A stretch of 64,000 bases of DNA from Hydrolagus colliei (taxonomy: Eukaryota): positions 59,148,001 through 59,212,000 of the forward strand of contig CM068743.1 in NCBI GenBank assembly GCA_035084275.1, read 5' to 3'. A model generated the notes under the pieces. That model saw only the letters and a list, made by a program, of their open reading frames with translations, made no database searches and was not told where the DNA came from. This document shows positions 1 through 12,300 of this stretch, one piece after another. Positions within the stretch are counted from its first letter, which is position 1; every line of letters starts with the position of its first letter. The translations under genes and the position numbers were made by a program.

Positions 1-54
1 CCAGGTCTTTCACTTATGAGGCTAGTGCTCTAATCACTGATCTATAGGACTCCA
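1..54 (-). mobile_element. tRNA-derived SINE head (continues beyond window edge)
   Basis: Reverse complement TGGAGTCCTATAGATCAGTGATTAGAGCACT matches the other SINE heads in the window. Confidence 0.75.
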
Positions 55-264
55 AGTTCCACAAATGAAATGTGGTGGGCACTGGATAGTTTATTTGTCA
101 TCTGTTTCACAAATGGGGTTTGGTTTTGGGTGGGGTGGGTGGATATGGAGTGTATATTACAGATAGATATTAATTCCTACAAAATAACTTGTGCTCTGCA
201 GATTATTTTCACCATATACAGTAACAGTATATTTTCTGATAACTGTTTTGGTTTCTTCTTACAG

Positions 265-368
265 ATTCTACATTGAGCAATAGTGCTCCAGGTTCAGGTC
301 CCAGCTCTCCCAACAACAGCTCCAGTGCAATGGCAACAGAGAATGGGGTGTCTCATTCATATACTGAG
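265..368 (+). CDS. HDAC9: HDAC9 exon: (D)[34 protein letters not shown]
   Basis: ttcttacag|ATTCT...ACTGAG|gtaag; 104 nt; [10 protein letters not shown] motif of HDAC4/5/9. Confidence 0.92.
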
Positions 369-3300
369 GTAAGATTGCTAGCAATATGCAACACTGGCTA
401 CACTGCCCTGTGTGAAGGGTGCTATATAAATGCAAGTTGTTGTTATTGTTATACTCTATGTTTGTGTTTTCTTACTCTGTCTCGTGTACTTTCAAGTTCT
501 TTATCTCATGCATTAGAATAAATTATAACAATCCTTGCATTTGGATAGCGACTTTTCATCGAGACGTCTCAAAGCTCTTCATACAATATACTGTAAAATA
601 GTGTGAGTATGTATAATTTTGTGGGTGTTCCCTCTTTATCTCCTTTCTCATTCTGTCTCTTGTGCTTTCTCCCTCTTTTCACGTTCTATCACCTTGTCTC
701 TGGGGTTGTTCTCTGTCACTTCATGTACTTTATTGTTGTATTTTTTCTCTCTGCTTCATAGCATCTCAATTGTTCAAGTCGTTTTGGCATTAATACCAGC
801 AGAGATTTTCTTGGTGAATAATTCACTCAGCAAAGTATTCCTAAAGGCAGCTTGATAAAAAGCAGCTGAGGTTTCAGGTGTGCTGTCAGAAGTGTGTGAT
901 TTAACTCATCCTATTGATGTCTGAAGACCTCAGTTGGCCCTAAGTGTGCCATTTATGGTAACCTTACTGACATAAAATATGCAACCATTTATATGGCTGC
1001 ATGTAAATGGTGCCAGTCTGGCTCATTTGTATCATTATCGTCTCTGAGGCAAAAGGGTATGGATTCAAGACCTTTGTCGGGGCTGAATTCACAGTCAAGG
1101 CCACTCTATTGCAATTTGGGTGAGGTGTTGCATTGTTAGAGATGGAAACTTTCAGATGAGAGGTTAAACCAAAGTTCCATTTGCTTGTTCTGGTGGAATT
1201 GGAGATTACATGTTAAATCAAGATCTAATCTGCCTATTCAGGTGGATGTTTTAAAATTTCAAGATGAAAAAGATAAGGGATTTCTCCTTGTGTTCTGGCA
1301 AATAATCCTGAGATGACAAAAAAAAGTAATTCACTTCATGGCTGTTTGTGGGATAATAATCCCAGCATTTGACATAGCATCTTCTCATGTCTTTAAAACA
1401 GAATATATCGTGAAGTGAATTGACTGTTATGTTTTAGGGTGAAATGTTAAAGGGATAAGAGAATACTGTGTGCAAAATGATGCCGCTCTTTACAGAAAGA
1501 ACTCTGAAGGAAGTTAAGATGTTTTGACACTCTATTAAATGCTGAGATTGAAATTATGCATACAAAAACATTCACTGCAGTTGACAGAAATTATTTATTA
1601 AGGGCTTTGCATTGTTTCAATGTTTAAAGTATTATAAAAATGCAAGTTTCCTTCCTTCCTTCCTTCCTTCCTTCCTTCCTTCCTTCCTTTCTTCCCCCCT
1701 TCTTCCCACTCCAATGTAAAACTGTTTGATAGCCAATATAAGTTGACTACATTAAAACAATAAGAGTCCACATTGGTAGTTGGCATGGAAGGCATATTGG
1801 TTTCACATTGGTAACGGCAATGGGTACTCTGCTGAGGCTGGGGCTAAGTTTCAGCCTTGGGACATATTAACGTGACTATTACTCTTTATCTCACTTCAGC
1901 TATACCTGAAATGAGAAATTGATGGTCATCTAACATTCAACGGTGAACATTTTCTATTCCCCAGGGTTTATGTTTCTCACTAAGATGACTGTAAATGTCA
2001 TCCCTTCCCTATGAAGAATGATTTGAGCAAAGAATTAGATAGGTATTTCTCCTCTACTCAATAATATACATTGCATAGTTTATGTACCAGAAACGTGAAC
2101 CTTCTGCCAATTGTAAATGATACTGCTTTAGTCCTGCCATGCTGTGCCATATAACCTTAAGTACAATAGCCTCACCAGGTTTATTTCTGTTTTATCACCC
2201 GGTGTCCCTTTAATTGCATTTTACAACTGTATTCAAGATGCACATTATGTGGCAGAAGTAAAATTAAAATAGCACTTTTTTAACATTTGAAAAAGTTGGT
2301 GTTTTATTATTCTTAGCTATAAATAGGCAGCAGCAGTTTTAAAGCTGCAATTCAATCTGAATTTGGATGTTCACTGGCTGCTCCAACTTTGTGTTGGTGG
2401 TTTATCACATCATCAGTATACCTCAGTTAAATTACAGCTTTAAACATTGCCAGCCATCTATTAGTCTATATATGTGTTAGAAATTTGCAGAGAATCACTT
2501 TTCCAGATGTTGTATGATAGAAAGCGGGTGTTTGAAATGCAGCAGACTAAAGTCACTAATTATCATCCATGACAGCTATTGTTTAACTCTTTGCAGGACT
2601 CTATGAGCAGGTCTGCAGCAAAATCAAAAGACTTTACATGAAATGGAAAATAAATTTAGACAGGACTGTGAATAGGTATTTCCTGTCACGGCCCAACATG
2701 ATCCATTACTTTTCTATTTTGAAAGAATGTTCTACAAGCAATAATAATAATATTAATGTTAACAAAATGACCAATTTTATTATTGTGTTTTTTTTGGAGG
2801 GATTATTATTAGGCATGTGGAGTAAGGAAACTTGCCCAAGGTTTCGCCCTGACCTGCCTGGATTCGAACAGAGTTCTCCCCAGCTTGGCCTCCCCAGCTT
2901 GTAAGACAAGTGCTCTAACCATTGAGCTACAGGAGCTCCTTATCATGTATCATGAGGATATAGCGCCTTATCATGTAGTTGAGACGTCTCAAAGCATTTC
3001 ACAGAATATACCGTAGTGTGAACTGACACTATTTCTTGTGTGCAAAATGCAGTTGCCAATTGCGCACAGCAGTGTCACAGAAACAGTCATCGATTGAATG
3101 ACCAATTTATTATTATTACCCCCAAAAGGTGATCCATTAATTGACTAATGACTGAGAGCAGAAGGTTTTGCCCTATCCGGGCATGGAACCTGAGTTCTAT
3201 TGCTTGTGAGGCGAGTGCTGTAATCAATAATTGTGAAGTCTTGCAGCTCAGTAGTCTAACTACTGAGCTGCAAGACTCCACAATTATTGATTGCTTGCCT

Positions 3301-6300
3301 TCCTAGGCAGGGTGAAACCTTGGGCAAGTTTTCTTACTTCACATGCCCAATAATATTCCCCCCCCCCCCCCCCCTATGGGGGGAAAAACTAAGGTACAAA
3401 TCGGTCATTTCAATCCACGACTGTTTGTGGGACATTGCTGTCCGCAATTGACTGCTGTGTTTCACCCACATATATACAGTCAATTCACTTTATAGTGTAA
3501 TCTGTGAAGCACTTTAAAGCATCCAGAAGTCATGTAAAGGTTTGTATTTTTTTTCCTGATTATGTAGGATTGAAAGAGGGTTGCAAAATGTTATTTTAAA
3601 ATTCACAGTCTGTTTTAGACAGAGCCTTACTAATAATAATAATCCTTGCATTTGATATAACACTTTTCATGTTTTCAAGCCGTCTGAAAGCACTTCACTG
3701 AGTACACTGTAAAGTGAATCAACTGTATATTTGTGGGCGAAACGGGGCAGCCAATTGCGCACAGCAGTTTCCCACAAACAATCATGGATTTAAATTACCA
3801 ATTTATCATTGTTTTGTTTTCGAGGGATTATTATCAGATGTGTGGAATAAGGAAACTTGCCTTTGGTTTAGCCCTGCCTAGGGTCGAACCTAGGTCTCCC
3901 TTTTACTTGCAAGGCGATGCTCTAACCACTGAGTAGGAGGACTCCACAGGAGCCATTCGGATCTCACGTGTGGTGAACTAAGTTGAATGTTGCTCATAAC
4001 TGCTTTCCTGAGATATGATTTACCAGTGGCTTAGCTGGTCAAGTAATTACTGAATTAGTATTCTTAATAAAAAGTAAAACGGTTCAAACAGAAATTGATT
4101 CTCTTGTCAGTCAGGAGCACCAGTGCTTCAGTGTGACAAGTTTCCGCACTCCCTCCATTAACAAACAATCAATATGATGCAACCTGTGTTACTGGTGACC
4201 TCTTCATGGTTCAAAGTCACTTTGACCTTGCATTCATGTCACCCAGACTCCAGCAAGCCTCTGTGGGAGGCTCTATTTTGAACAAAAACACCAGTCGTTG
4301 TTTCTCACGTTTAAAACGCTGGCCAGAGCCTGTAAAACAACAACAATGAAAAAAAAGACAGTGTGATATCCATGGGCTGCGTTTTATTATTATTTTCTTA
4401 CCCAGAATAAATGACATCTCAGAACCCAAAGGTGCCAAAAGCGGAGGTGACAAATTATAATTTGGTCAGGCCAGGACCTTGTGCACCCTTTCCCTCACGG
4501 AGGTGACTCTTTTATTTGATTCACAGATGCTCTTTGTTTGGGAAGTAAGCAATGACTGTTGCTGCACCGCTACACTAGGTGTTCTTTTACATCCCTGTTT
4601 CTCTCTTGTGGTTGGACTCGGATTACAGCTGGGAGTCCCTGAGAAGCCACAAAAATAAAGGGGAAACTGTGAAGCCTCTTCTTGAGCTGGAATAACAGAG
4701 CAGGACACTGCGAGTGAATGGCAAAGATTACAAGGCAACTCTCCTGCCCCTGTGCCTACTAAGGTTTCAGCTATTTTGTTTAAGGAAAAGAAGAAAGGGA
4801 ATACGTCTGGAACCAATTCTCACTTACTGTGCAGAGCTTTGGATGGAATATTCTGGAAGTTTGCACATTAGCAAACTTGCAGATTGGTGGTATTAATATC
4901 AACATGGCATTCGAAAGGTGGCACAAGTCCAGCAGCAATTATCATGCACAATGTTATCCCTTCAGTTTGGGTGGTAGTTCTTGTAACTCAGTGCTGGGCT
5001 GTGACTTGATATTTAGTGCTAAGTCCAAGGCTTCTATCAGACCAAAGCATTCAGCATGGAAAGAGCCTAATTGGATTCTACAAGACCTCACGACAATCAT
5101 GTAGGATATTTTTTTTTCATGTTGGCCACACACAGATTGTTCAATGTCTGGAAAGTGCCACACCCCACCCTGTCTTATAATAATGACTGTTTTTCCCCTT
5201 TCCACCACCCACCTCTCTAAAGAAAGCTTCTAAGACTTTGCAGTGCCCTGTATACTTCCAGGGGACAATGTTTCCAGAATACAGAAAGTTCAAAAGAACT
5301 TACAAGTGAACATATTCCTTAAAAAGGATCAATTAATAAATAGGACAGACAGATTTGTATTTAATATAGTGCCTTTCACATCAAAGTGCTTCACAAAATT
5401 TACTGTTGTGACTAGGTATTTTATAGGCAAATGGGAAACCTAATCTGTGCACAACAATGCCCTACAAACAGCTAAGAAGCAAATGGCCAATTCTTTTTGG
5501 GTCGTTGGCTAGGATACAGGAAGAAAGAAACAATTTATAACACCTATTCACAATGTCTCAAAACATTTTACAAGTGTAGAGGCTGCTTATATCAAATTAC
5601 CTGAAAGTGCTTCACATCTCACGCAGCAGTCAATTTTCATCAGCAAATGTTCTCTTTTTTGCTCCTTTGATAATAGAGGTTTCGGAGAACATACATGTTT
5701 AAATACTGAGAGCTAATATGTTGAGCCAAATCTCATCAAGTTTCTTTCTGCAATAATTCTCATAAATTCTTCTTTCAACAGCACTTGCCACTACATCACA
5801 GGATTCTAACCCGGGATGGATCATTGAATGCTTTAAGTCTCTATACGTCACCATCACTGCCCAACATTACATTGGGTCTCCCCGCTACAGCTGTGACGTC
5901 TACTTCCTCCCAAAAGAATGTATGTAAAATTACAACTCTAAAGATTGACTTGATCTCACTGACCTGCCACATAAACTGTGGTTATCTTAAGGTGCCTTAG
6001 TAATCCTTTGGGGTTCTGCATCATTGTGATTAGTCAATCAAACACTGCACTGAAAGTTGGTTTGGTGCCACATGGGTAGGATACGAGTTTGTGCCGTGAT
6101 CCTCTGCACTGAGGTCAACATGTGGGAGTTGTGACCTAGATTTACAGCTGGAAGGAGTCCGTTTTTACCAGCCAGATACAAATTTTATTGAAAATAAAAT
6201 TATTTAATGAGTGCTGAATCTGGGCACTTTAGACAAGCTGCATAGTTGAAACCATTGTTTTGCAATATCTTTCCCCACCCTCTCCCCTCAGCTTCCACCT

Positions 6301-9300
6301 AGCTTGGGTGCCCATCCAGCATTGTGAATGTGTACATCTTACTGACATGAAAAGGATTATAGAAATGTAAACTGTATTGTATTACAGTGCTTGTACTCCC
6401 AGAAAATGTTGAAATGAAAAAGGGCTAATTAATCTCTGACAAGCTTTTTAAAAATTCACCAGCTGTCAATTACAACATTAATGAACACAGTGGGGTTGAA
6501 CTTGTGGTGTTTCCAAGCAGAATTCATTAATAAAGAATCTCAGGAATCCTACTGGTCAGAGAAATGCCACACCAAGCTTTTCAACAAACCTACAAATAGA
6601 TTGCAATGTTCCCGTGGGTTGTCGTGAAGCTCTTCCAGCTACCTGCATGTTTCCCTATCTGTGACTTGGAAGTTATTAAGGTTAACATGTGCACAGCTGT
6701 TGTAGTTTGAATTTGTTTTTAAATGCCTTTTAGACCACAACATCAACCCAAGAATGTGACAGGCAGACAATTCAGGGAGTGAATCAGGGGACGGCCCTCA
6801 CTGGGCAGTTCAGAGGAAGTGCCCCCTTACCTGCTTACTTGCCACCTGCACCGTTTGATGGAAAGGTGAACAGTACCCACCATGCTCTTCTGCAGCACAT
6901 ACTTTTGATGGAACAGACCCGGAAACAGAGCTCTCTCACAACAGGTGAGTTGAACGTCGCTAAAGAAATGTAATTTTGTTGTTGTTGTTAGCTGGTAAAT
7001 ACAGTTCAACCTTACAATCTGTCTAATGCCCAGACCTGGCCGGAGATAATTTAATGATACAATAAAATAATTTTTTGATCAAGGTTTCTATATAATCTGA
7101 ACAAATGAGAATGATGTCTTCAAATTCTAGATGTGCTTAACAAACTCTTTTTAAGTAAAAGATCACTTGGAGGAGAGGAGGTAGGTAAGTTACATATCTT
7201 TTAGCGAATGGATAAGTTTAATAATCATGTTGAAAATGTGGCCTAAGGCTGAGTCTGACACATGGGAAACCTGTCACCACATGTGAGAGTATCCAAATCA
7301 AATTATTGAGCGTTGCACCTACACATGGATATTTCCCTTTATATGGAATGGTACTCTCTCACTGGAGGTACATAGCCTACCTGCCTATTCACTGAGAGAA
7401 ATAGACGCAGGATTGCAAGAGCCAAATCTGAAGTCAAGTGTGAGTCTTAACTGACCCTCTGTGGCTCCCTCCCCGGTTATGGATAGAGGATGGCACAAAC
7501 TTTTAGAATTTACACCTATCACTGCTATATTCCGGTCGAGCACTTCATCGGTCTATGGAAACTATTAGCATAACTTGCTGAAACTAGCACAGTTTCAGTT
7601 TCCAGAATAAACGCCCTGCTCAGCTCCGAGCTGTGCTCACGTGGAGGGAGCTGAAAGCACTCGGAATTTAGATTTATCCATACTCAACTGTTTTAAGTGA
7701 TTACTGTCATTAAGAAAAAAATCCTGAAAGAAACTGTATCTATATATACAGTATATACCAGTTTTAAACAAAGAATTTACATCAGTTTTCAATTATCAAT
7801 TTGGCATCAGTGCTTCCAGGATCAAAGCTTCTTGTCTTTTATAGCAGAAGTCCAAGAAATAAATTGAAACACTCATTCACGTGCACTTTGTCAATCAGTA
7901 ATGTGGAAAGGAGTATTTTCATGCAGCAGTTGCCATGAGTGTTTGATATGGTAACAGTGAGAACAATCTGACAATAACTATCCTCCTTGTTAATGAGATA
8001 CAGTATCAAATGTTTTTCCTGCTGTGTGTGATGCTCACTAATATGGATTTTGAATCTTTTGTTCCCAGCTTTGCACAGCTCCATGCCACTGATCTGTCAG
8101 TTTTCACATTGCCTCCAATCAGTGCAGTGCATGATTATTCCAACATGGCAAACCAAGTCTTCCTTGATTTAATTTGCCTTGTGTGGTATTTTTCTCTTTC
8201 AAAGCAGATGAATCTGACACTGAAGACTGGATAGAAACCAGTTCTTTCAGAACACAGATGATCCCAATGCTGGTTTGTTATATTCAATGCACATGACTGA
8301 AATATGCAGGCTTTCCTTTTCAATGGACAAGAAGGTGTACTTTCACTTCCTTTATCAGTTTCAAACATGTGTCTTTACTGAGGATGAGTCAAAGTCATAG
8401 ATAATACGTGTAGAGAACCTCATTTGTTAATTCTGTTGCACCCTATCTGTGAGATTAAGTTTCCCAAAATATCACATGGAAATGAAACTAGAAGTGAACA
8501 AGAGTCATGGAAAAAGCTAGGCAAAAAATATATGGACAAAAGGAGTAGGTATAGTATGATCATTCCACATCATTCAGTTTCCCATAACCAAAAGCATGAG
8601 TTAATACTAAAATTAATCATGTTTTTGTGCTGAAATATATGGAGATGAGAAGGCAAAGGTTTTATGTTGTTATTTCTCTTCAACTAGCAATTGATCTTTG
8701 GAAAATGATGGATTCTGAATGCAGGTTCATTATTGTGTTTCTTGCAAAGGTTTTAAAACAGGTTTTACTGTTATCTGTAGGATTTAGCTGATATACGAGT
8801 TTAACCTGTCCCATGTGTAACTCTGGGTATAGAATAAATGGAATAATGGCACTAGAATTAATTGGAATCACACTGAGCCTGAATTAACACATGAGACAAC
8901 AGAAAACTGTGGCTGCAATTTTTCTGTAGAATCTGCTGCAACAACAGCAAAAGAACAGCATTTGTATAGAGAACTTATCTGCTACAAACCCGCTATATAT
9001 GTAATTTCTAACCTGTGGGCCGCCAGGCTGGTTAACCTGACGTCACTTAGGGCGGGTAGGCTCTGGACACACATATGCAGTGCGGCGCATGTGGCAAATG
9101 GGCTTCAGTCGAAGGCCTCAAAGACAGTCGAAGGTCTGTGTGCGTTTGTGTGACAGTGTGGGTGATTGCCTGTAGTTTCTCTATGTCTGTGATTGCCTGT
9201 CTGTGAGGGTGTGTGTGTGTGTCTGTGTGTCTCTCTCTCTGGGCGTTGAGACCTCCTGTAGCCTCGCTGGTGTCCCCATTACAACTTTCCTGTGGTACAT

Positions 9301-12300
9301 ATATGTGATCTATATTGTGCAGTAACACAACATACCGTACAGTAAGTAAAATAGATTGTTGAATTTCTATCCTTTGCAGGGTATGTTCAGGTAATTATGG
9401 ATGTCTTTATTACAATATTGAGGTGTTCAGATGTGCCTTAGTAAGCATTCTGAGACGCCGTCCGGCGTGGAGACCACTATATAAATCAAAGTTGTTGTTG
9501 TTAGTAATGTAGACATCATGGTATAAGAATCATTATGAACAGGCATGGGTAAGTACATGGGAAACATCATTGCCTCATATGGATTGACTTGTTTTTGCCA
9601 AAGATCGAATAAAGTAGTGCAACGGGCTTGATGGGCTGAATGGCTTCCTCCTCTGTTTGTTTTGCTATGCTTGGCTCCTGTATTCTCTCCCAAGTAGCTG
9701 TTAAACAAACTGTTGTACTGTGTTGTAGGTGTGGTACCTCTTCATCCTCATTCTCCACTGGTAGGCATTGGGGAGAGAGTGTCCCCATCTCTAAGAGCCT
9801 CAAAGAAGATGCCTCGCCATCGGCCCCTCAATCGAACCCACTCTGCGCCGCTCCCTCAATGCACGCATGCCCTGGCACAACTGGTCGTTCAACAGCAGCA
9901 CCAACAGTTCCTGGAAAAGCAAAAGCAGTATCAGCAGAAAATACAGCTGAACAAGGTCTGAGCTTTCCTTGTGCTAACGGTTGAACATACTGGATGTTTA
10001 ACTAGAAGGATACTAGAAAGTACTAGATTAACTAGAAGATTACCAGAGCATAGGGGAAGGTTAACATTTGGACTCATTTTTGAGAGATAAAAAAACATCA
10101 ACTAGACCTCTTCTCAAAATATATGCATTTTGCCTTTCATTTTTGATAAGAACCCTTTTCATTTAGAAAGTACCTCAGCTGCCCTCCTCCCACTCCCTTC
10201 ACTCACAATGGTCACAATGGTTGTGCTTGAAGCCTGTTTGTGACTGAATTGCGTGGGATTATTGGCTAGTGGAATACTGGCTTTACTCTTTTTATTCAAT
10301 TAAAAAGATATATCTAATGCAGTATCTGTGAGTCAGCTAGTCCAATGGGAGGTGCTGGGTGGCTTTGGGCTAATCTAATGTGATGGATTCAGAATAAGCA
10401 TCTACAGACCCATTGAGTTATTGACTAACTGCATTGACTACATTTTTAAACAATATGATAATTAACACCAGTTGAATGAACACATCACAGGTGACAATTT
10501 TTATTTAGAATATGGTCATAAATATGTGCAATGGCATGTGACATGGAACAATTGTTGATATTCCCTTTGAAACAGCTGCATTTTTAAAACGTCTTTTCAG
10601 ACAGGAAACAGTTATTTGTTTTACAGTCAGCCCTCGGTATCATTCTCACTGAGCTTTGCCCTCGATTTGAGCCTCAATGTACGCTTACGAGTCGTAGCTT
10701 GGTTGCAACTCCATTTAATATTTTACAGGAGTAAATAGATTTTAAAAGTAATGCTAAACTGCTTGTGGATGTCAATGTAAAAAGCAATTCCCTCCGTGAC
10801 ACTTCCAAAAGGCACCGTGTTCTTGGGCCAGGGAGTAGTCGATGCCTCCCCTGCTGAGGCAGCCAGGTATTACTTCCTTTGATGTGCTCTCTGCTGGGAA
10901 TCGTGCAGTGGAGCAGTGGCTGATGCATTCTTTCTCTTGCTTGCTGAACCTGCTGTGGCTCAAAGAGCCCTGTAAATTATGTACCCTTTAATTTCCTGAA
11001 TTGAAGCAGCTGTACATGAGAAATTGAAATCGGTACAACTTAACCTAGTGCATTTCCCACTTATGCAGAAAGGCGCTGAGAATTTAATGGTAACTTATTA
11101 GCTTTCATTTGGTGAAATACCATCATTAAAATAGCAGAGGCAAGTTATATATCTTTAAAAATTCGCTCCCCTAATTCATTGAATTCGCCATATTATGAAT
11201 TTTGTCGAACTCAGGGATAAAAAGCTACAATTGGAACAATGTTAATTTGTAGGCAATATTGAATGGAAGGACTGTTATAAGTGTTCAGCATTTTTAAGTA
11301 TAAAAAGTCTTCACTGAGACTTGGTAAAGAGTAGTGGATATGAAAGAAAGTACCTTTTATTTCTGCAACCCTGGATTTAGAGCCATCTCACACTGAAGAG
11401 AGTTCACGTAAAATGTGATCTGAACACATGCTGTTCAACCAGCAAGTATGTATAAATTTCACATGGGTGCTTATAAATGATGATAGTGAACAGATTAACA
11501 AGGGAAGAGTGAGTTACCAACACGCATAGTATGTCCCTTTATCACAATTAGCAGAAAAGTACACAGCAATAGAAATGTTTAATTGATTTTGAGGTCTTAA
11601 AGCAACAGAACTTTTTTACAAAGACTGAATCACAAATATTTGACACATTTGGTAACTAGAAATATGTCACACCGACCCCCTGGGAACATTATTCCAGACA
11701 GAGATCACATGGAGCAGAGTTCCATGGGTCAATGTGATTTTTGCTCAGTTATGAGGATTTCCCATTTGCAAATTGGAGTAGTTCATAAGGAAACCTGTTA
11801 TAACTCACTGCACATTAAACCCTCAATGTCTGGTTATTTAAGTATATAAAGAAAATTACCAAAATAACAACAACAAAAATAAGAGCACCATAATCTTTCT
11901 CAGTAATATTTGTTTTATTTATTTGATCTATTTTATTCTGGTGGCCAAATGTTCCTTTTCCTTGGGTACAATAAATGATAATATTCCTTGCATTTGATAG
12001 ATGCCTTTCAGGTCAGGAGGATGTCTCAAAGTGTTTCACAGGATTCTGCTGTAAACTCTAGTAACTGTATTTTGTAAGCAAACACAGCTACCAATCTGCA
12101 CCCAGCAGTGTCCCACAAGCTACCATGAAGTGAATGACCAATTATATTTGCAGATGTTTGGTTGGGACACCAGGAGAAAGTCCCTTCTCTTTTTGGATGG
12201 TGTGAAACAGAGCAATGGTATTTTAACATCCACTTGAACAAGCAGAATTAAATAAAGAAAACTATCAATACAACTTGGAGTCAATACAACACAATACAAC

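Noticed and set aside
2317-2326. Perfect MEF2 site CTATAAATAG (HDAC9 is a known MEF2 target)
   Set aside because: A few such matches are expected by chance in 64 kb of AT-rich DNA, and there is no conservation evidence.
7525-7670. Possible structured ncRNA with several short stems
   Set aside because: Stems are 8 bp or shorter and match no RNA family I recognise; probably a decayed MITE.
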